From a virus (taxonomy: Duplodnaviria; Caudoviricetes): a DNA stretch of 46,929 bases. The stretch's first letter is position 1, and each line of letters opens with the position of its first letter. A model generated the notes under the pieces. That model saw nothing but the letters and a program-made list of their open reading frames with translations. It was not told the DNA's origin and did not search any database. Where the stretch lies: the IMG/VR virus record IMGVR_UViG_3300017716_001704, positions 1 through 46,929 of that record, one strand, 5' to 3'. The position numbers and the translations under genes are program-made. Below, piece by piece: positions 44,793 through 46,929 of this stretch.

Positions 44793-46575
44793 GCCATTTT
44801 CCATCGAACACCGTCAGCATTTGCCGCTTACCGTTCTCGTGAATGACGCAGAAGGAAATCGACCAATTCCCCGGCGAGCCCATGGCGTACTCAAGCTCAA
44901 GTACCATGACCCCGACCTGCCATGCGCCGTTGATTATGCCCGCCCCGTGTCCGTGGCCTATGACCACCTTACGCCCGAGGTTCGACAGGTTCTTGAGGCT
45001 GCCACGCGAGCCGCCCGGACCCTGATCGCCATGGAAGCCAAGCTCGATGCCGCCGCCGTCGTTCTTGCAGACGACGTACGACTGGCCGGGCGCGAGCCAC
45101 AGCGTTTCTTTGATGCCGCCGCCATTGATATACTCCACCGCGCACTGCATCGCGTTGAAGCTTACGTCCTGCCGGAGCGCCCGGAGATACGCTAGGTGGA
45201 TGTGTCCGCAGAACTCTGCGTTGTCTAGGTCGAAGCGCCAGTCCACCTCGCGCAGGTAGCGTTCGAAGTGGCGGTCGTGGTTCGAGTTGACGATGACGTC
45301 CTCGACACCCTTGCGGTGGCCGGACTTGAGGAAGTTAAGCGTCGAGGCGTACTCCGTCTCGATACTCTTGCCCTTCACCACACGCAGCGAGAACATTTTG
45401 TAGGGGTCGCGGCGGTTGTGGTGGCCGAACTCGAAATCCGCAAGGTCGTGGTAGACCTGCCGCTTCGGGTTCAGCGTATCGAGCGCGCCGTGTGCGCCCC
45501 AGCACAGGTCGCGTATCTGCTGTGTGAGGTGTATCTCGTGGATGTCGCCCCAGATGACGCTGTCGGTCCCTTTGGGCCGTACGACACGGTCAGCGTAGAA
45601 CGCGATGGGGCCGTCCGGCGTCACGTCGTAGATGCCGCCAGCATTGTCGGTGTTCAACTGCCGGACCCACCAATGGCCCTTGTCGTTCACCTCCACGAGG
45701 AGCCCGCCGTAGATGTGGTCGAACTCCGCCTTCTGCCCGGCCTTGCGCTGGATGTAGTTGCGCTTAGTGACGGTCCCGGTCGTGTACTGGAGCTTCGCCG
45801 CGTCGGAAGGCGACGTCGGGATGCTGAGCATGTGCTGCCGTACGTGCGGGAAGATGGAGGAGTTGCGGAAGTTGTAGTTGGCGAGGCCGGACAGCGGCTC
45901 GCTCGCGGTCGGCCAGTTGTTGAAGTTGCCGTTCCAGATCAGGCCCTTGCCAAGCTGGATCATGGCGTCAGCCACGAAGGGCTCGATACGGTCGTCGTAC
46001 CACTGGTCGTCGCCGTCGCTGGCCTTTTTCGAGCCGCGCTTGCCGGAGCCGTCGCGGGTCTTGCTGTACGTGAACGTGGACACCATGAGTTCCGCGCCAT
46101 AGTGGTCGGCGCAGGTCTGCAAGGCCAGCCACGTCGGCTCGTGTAGCAGCGTGTTGTTCTGGGCGCAGGTGAGGATGTAGCGCGCGATCTTGCCCTTCTC
46201 AGGCAGCGGTCGTACGACAGGCTTCGTGGCGTCGTTCGAGCCTGTCACCGTAGCGGCCACGCCGCGCTGTTCCGCAGCCTTCAGACGTTTCGAAAACGCG
46301 GCAGCAGAGATACCTGCGGCATCCGCAGCGGCTGCAATCGTGCCGAAGATCGAGAGTTGGTTCTGCGCGTCACGCAGTTCCTGATCGGTCAGCTTTACCC
46401 CGCCAGCCTTGGGACGGTCGGGGCGTATCTTGATTTCAGGGAAATGTTCGCGGGCTTCGGCTAGCCGCTTGCGCATGTAGCGAAGGGTGATGCCCAACTC
46501 CGCCGCAGCGTCTTCTGCTTTTTCGTGCTTGTTGTAGGAACTAACCGTGCGCTGTAGGAGTTTCTTAGTGGTCAC
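44785..46575 (-). CDS. Metallophosphoesterase/nuclease with N-terminal HTH, T5 A1-like
   Basis: 'GDIH','HDL.D','SNHD','HGD.G','GHGH' metal-binding motifs; 'AQNNT' and 'NYIQRKAGQKA' recalled from A1-like proteins. Confidence 0.7.
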   Translation of the reverse strand: MTTKKLLQRTVSSYNKHEKAEDAAAELGITLRYMRKRLAEAREHFPEIKIRPDRPKAGGVKLTDQELRDAQNQLSIFGTIAAAADAAGISAAAFSKRLKAAEQRGVAATVTGSNDATKPVVRPLPEKGKIARYILTCAQNNTLLHEPTWLALQTCADHYGAELMVSTFTYSKTRDGSGKRGSKKASDGDDQWYDDRIEPFVADAMIQLGKGLIWNGNFNNWPTASEPLSGLANYNFRNSSIFPHVRQHMLSIPTSPSDAAKLQYTTGTVTKRNYIQRKAGQKAEFDHIYGGLLVEVNDKGHWWVRQLNTDNAGGIYDVTPDGPIAFYADRVVRPKGTDSVIWGDIHEIHLTQQIRDLCWGAHGALDTLNPKRQVYHDLADFEFGHHNRRDPYKMFSLRVVKGKSIETEYASTLNFLKSGHRKGVEDVIVNSNHDRHFERYLREVDWRFDLDNAEFCGHIHLAYLRALRQDVSFNAMQCAVEYINGGGIKETLWLAPGQSYVVCKNDGGGIELGFHGDQGPGGSRGSLKNLSNLGRKVVIGHGHGAGIINGAWQVGVMVLELEYAMGSPGNWSISFCVIHENGKRQMLTVFDGKWHA

Positions 46576-46619
46576 GTCTGTCTCCGCTGTTCCGCTTCCA
46601 TAGAGCGCTACAGCAAGAC

Positions 46620-46895
46620 CTATGCCTCGTCAACGCGCTCGTTGCGTGCCTGTAGACTATCAAGCTGGACGTGCGTGGTCGCGCCCGACGCCATCAGAGC
46701 GGCGTGGCGCTCCATTTCGCGACGGTCCTTACGGATCGTGGCCCATGCGTGGACAATGAAGCCGAGCACAGCAACGACCATGGACATGATGACGGCGACA
46801 TCAGGCACAGACAGACCCCAGAACACGCCGGTAGCGGCGGCTCCTCCGTACATCGCAGCTTGTCCGGCTGTGTCAACTGTTGAGGTCGGGTTCAT
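46620..46895 (-). CDS. Holin-like membrane protein
   Basis: 91 aa, hydrophobic helices then a charged 'RKDRRE..RH' tail. Confidence 0.65.
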   Translation of the reverse strand: MNPTSTVDTAGQAAMYGGAAATGVFWGLSVPDVAVIMSMVVAVLGFIVHAWATIRKDRREMERHAALMASGATTHVQLDSLQARNERVDEA

Positions 46896-46929
46896 TATCG
46901 CACGTTCGCTGTTGATGATGCCGCACTGC
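46807..46929. repeat. Terminal overlap, copy of 1-123
   Basis: Exact match to the window start. Confidence 0.95.

Overview
This window looks like a complete, circularly assembled dsDNA phage genome of about 46.8 kb. The last 123 nt repeat the first 123 nt. It has podovirus (P22-like) morphogenesis genes, and I found no integrase or repressor. The host is probably an alphaproteobacterium, based on a GapR/DUF2312 gene, GAAC-N7-GAAC boxes and apparent GANTC avoidance. The minus strand (23.6 kb down to 1, continuing 46.9-43.2 kb) carries fibre-like genes, terminase, portal, scaffold, capsid, tail and ejection proteins, a holin, and a nuclease/nucleotidase module. The plus strand (24.7-43.3 kb) carries small early genes, a primase-helicase, SSB, family A DNA polymerase, nucleases, a SNF2 helicase, endolysin and spanins. 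A 1.1 kb non-coding control region separates the two arms. The strongest unexplained signals are: (1) a highly iterated palindrome GTCGTACGAC (core CGTACG, over 100 copies by eye); (2) seven LexA-type half-sites in exact 11-bp phase; (3) a small twin-arginine-signal protein whose C-terminus copies the N-terminal arm of the phage's own capsid protein; (4) an atypical tRNA-like element. All family assignments come from motif recognition by eye, not database searches. All counts are manual.
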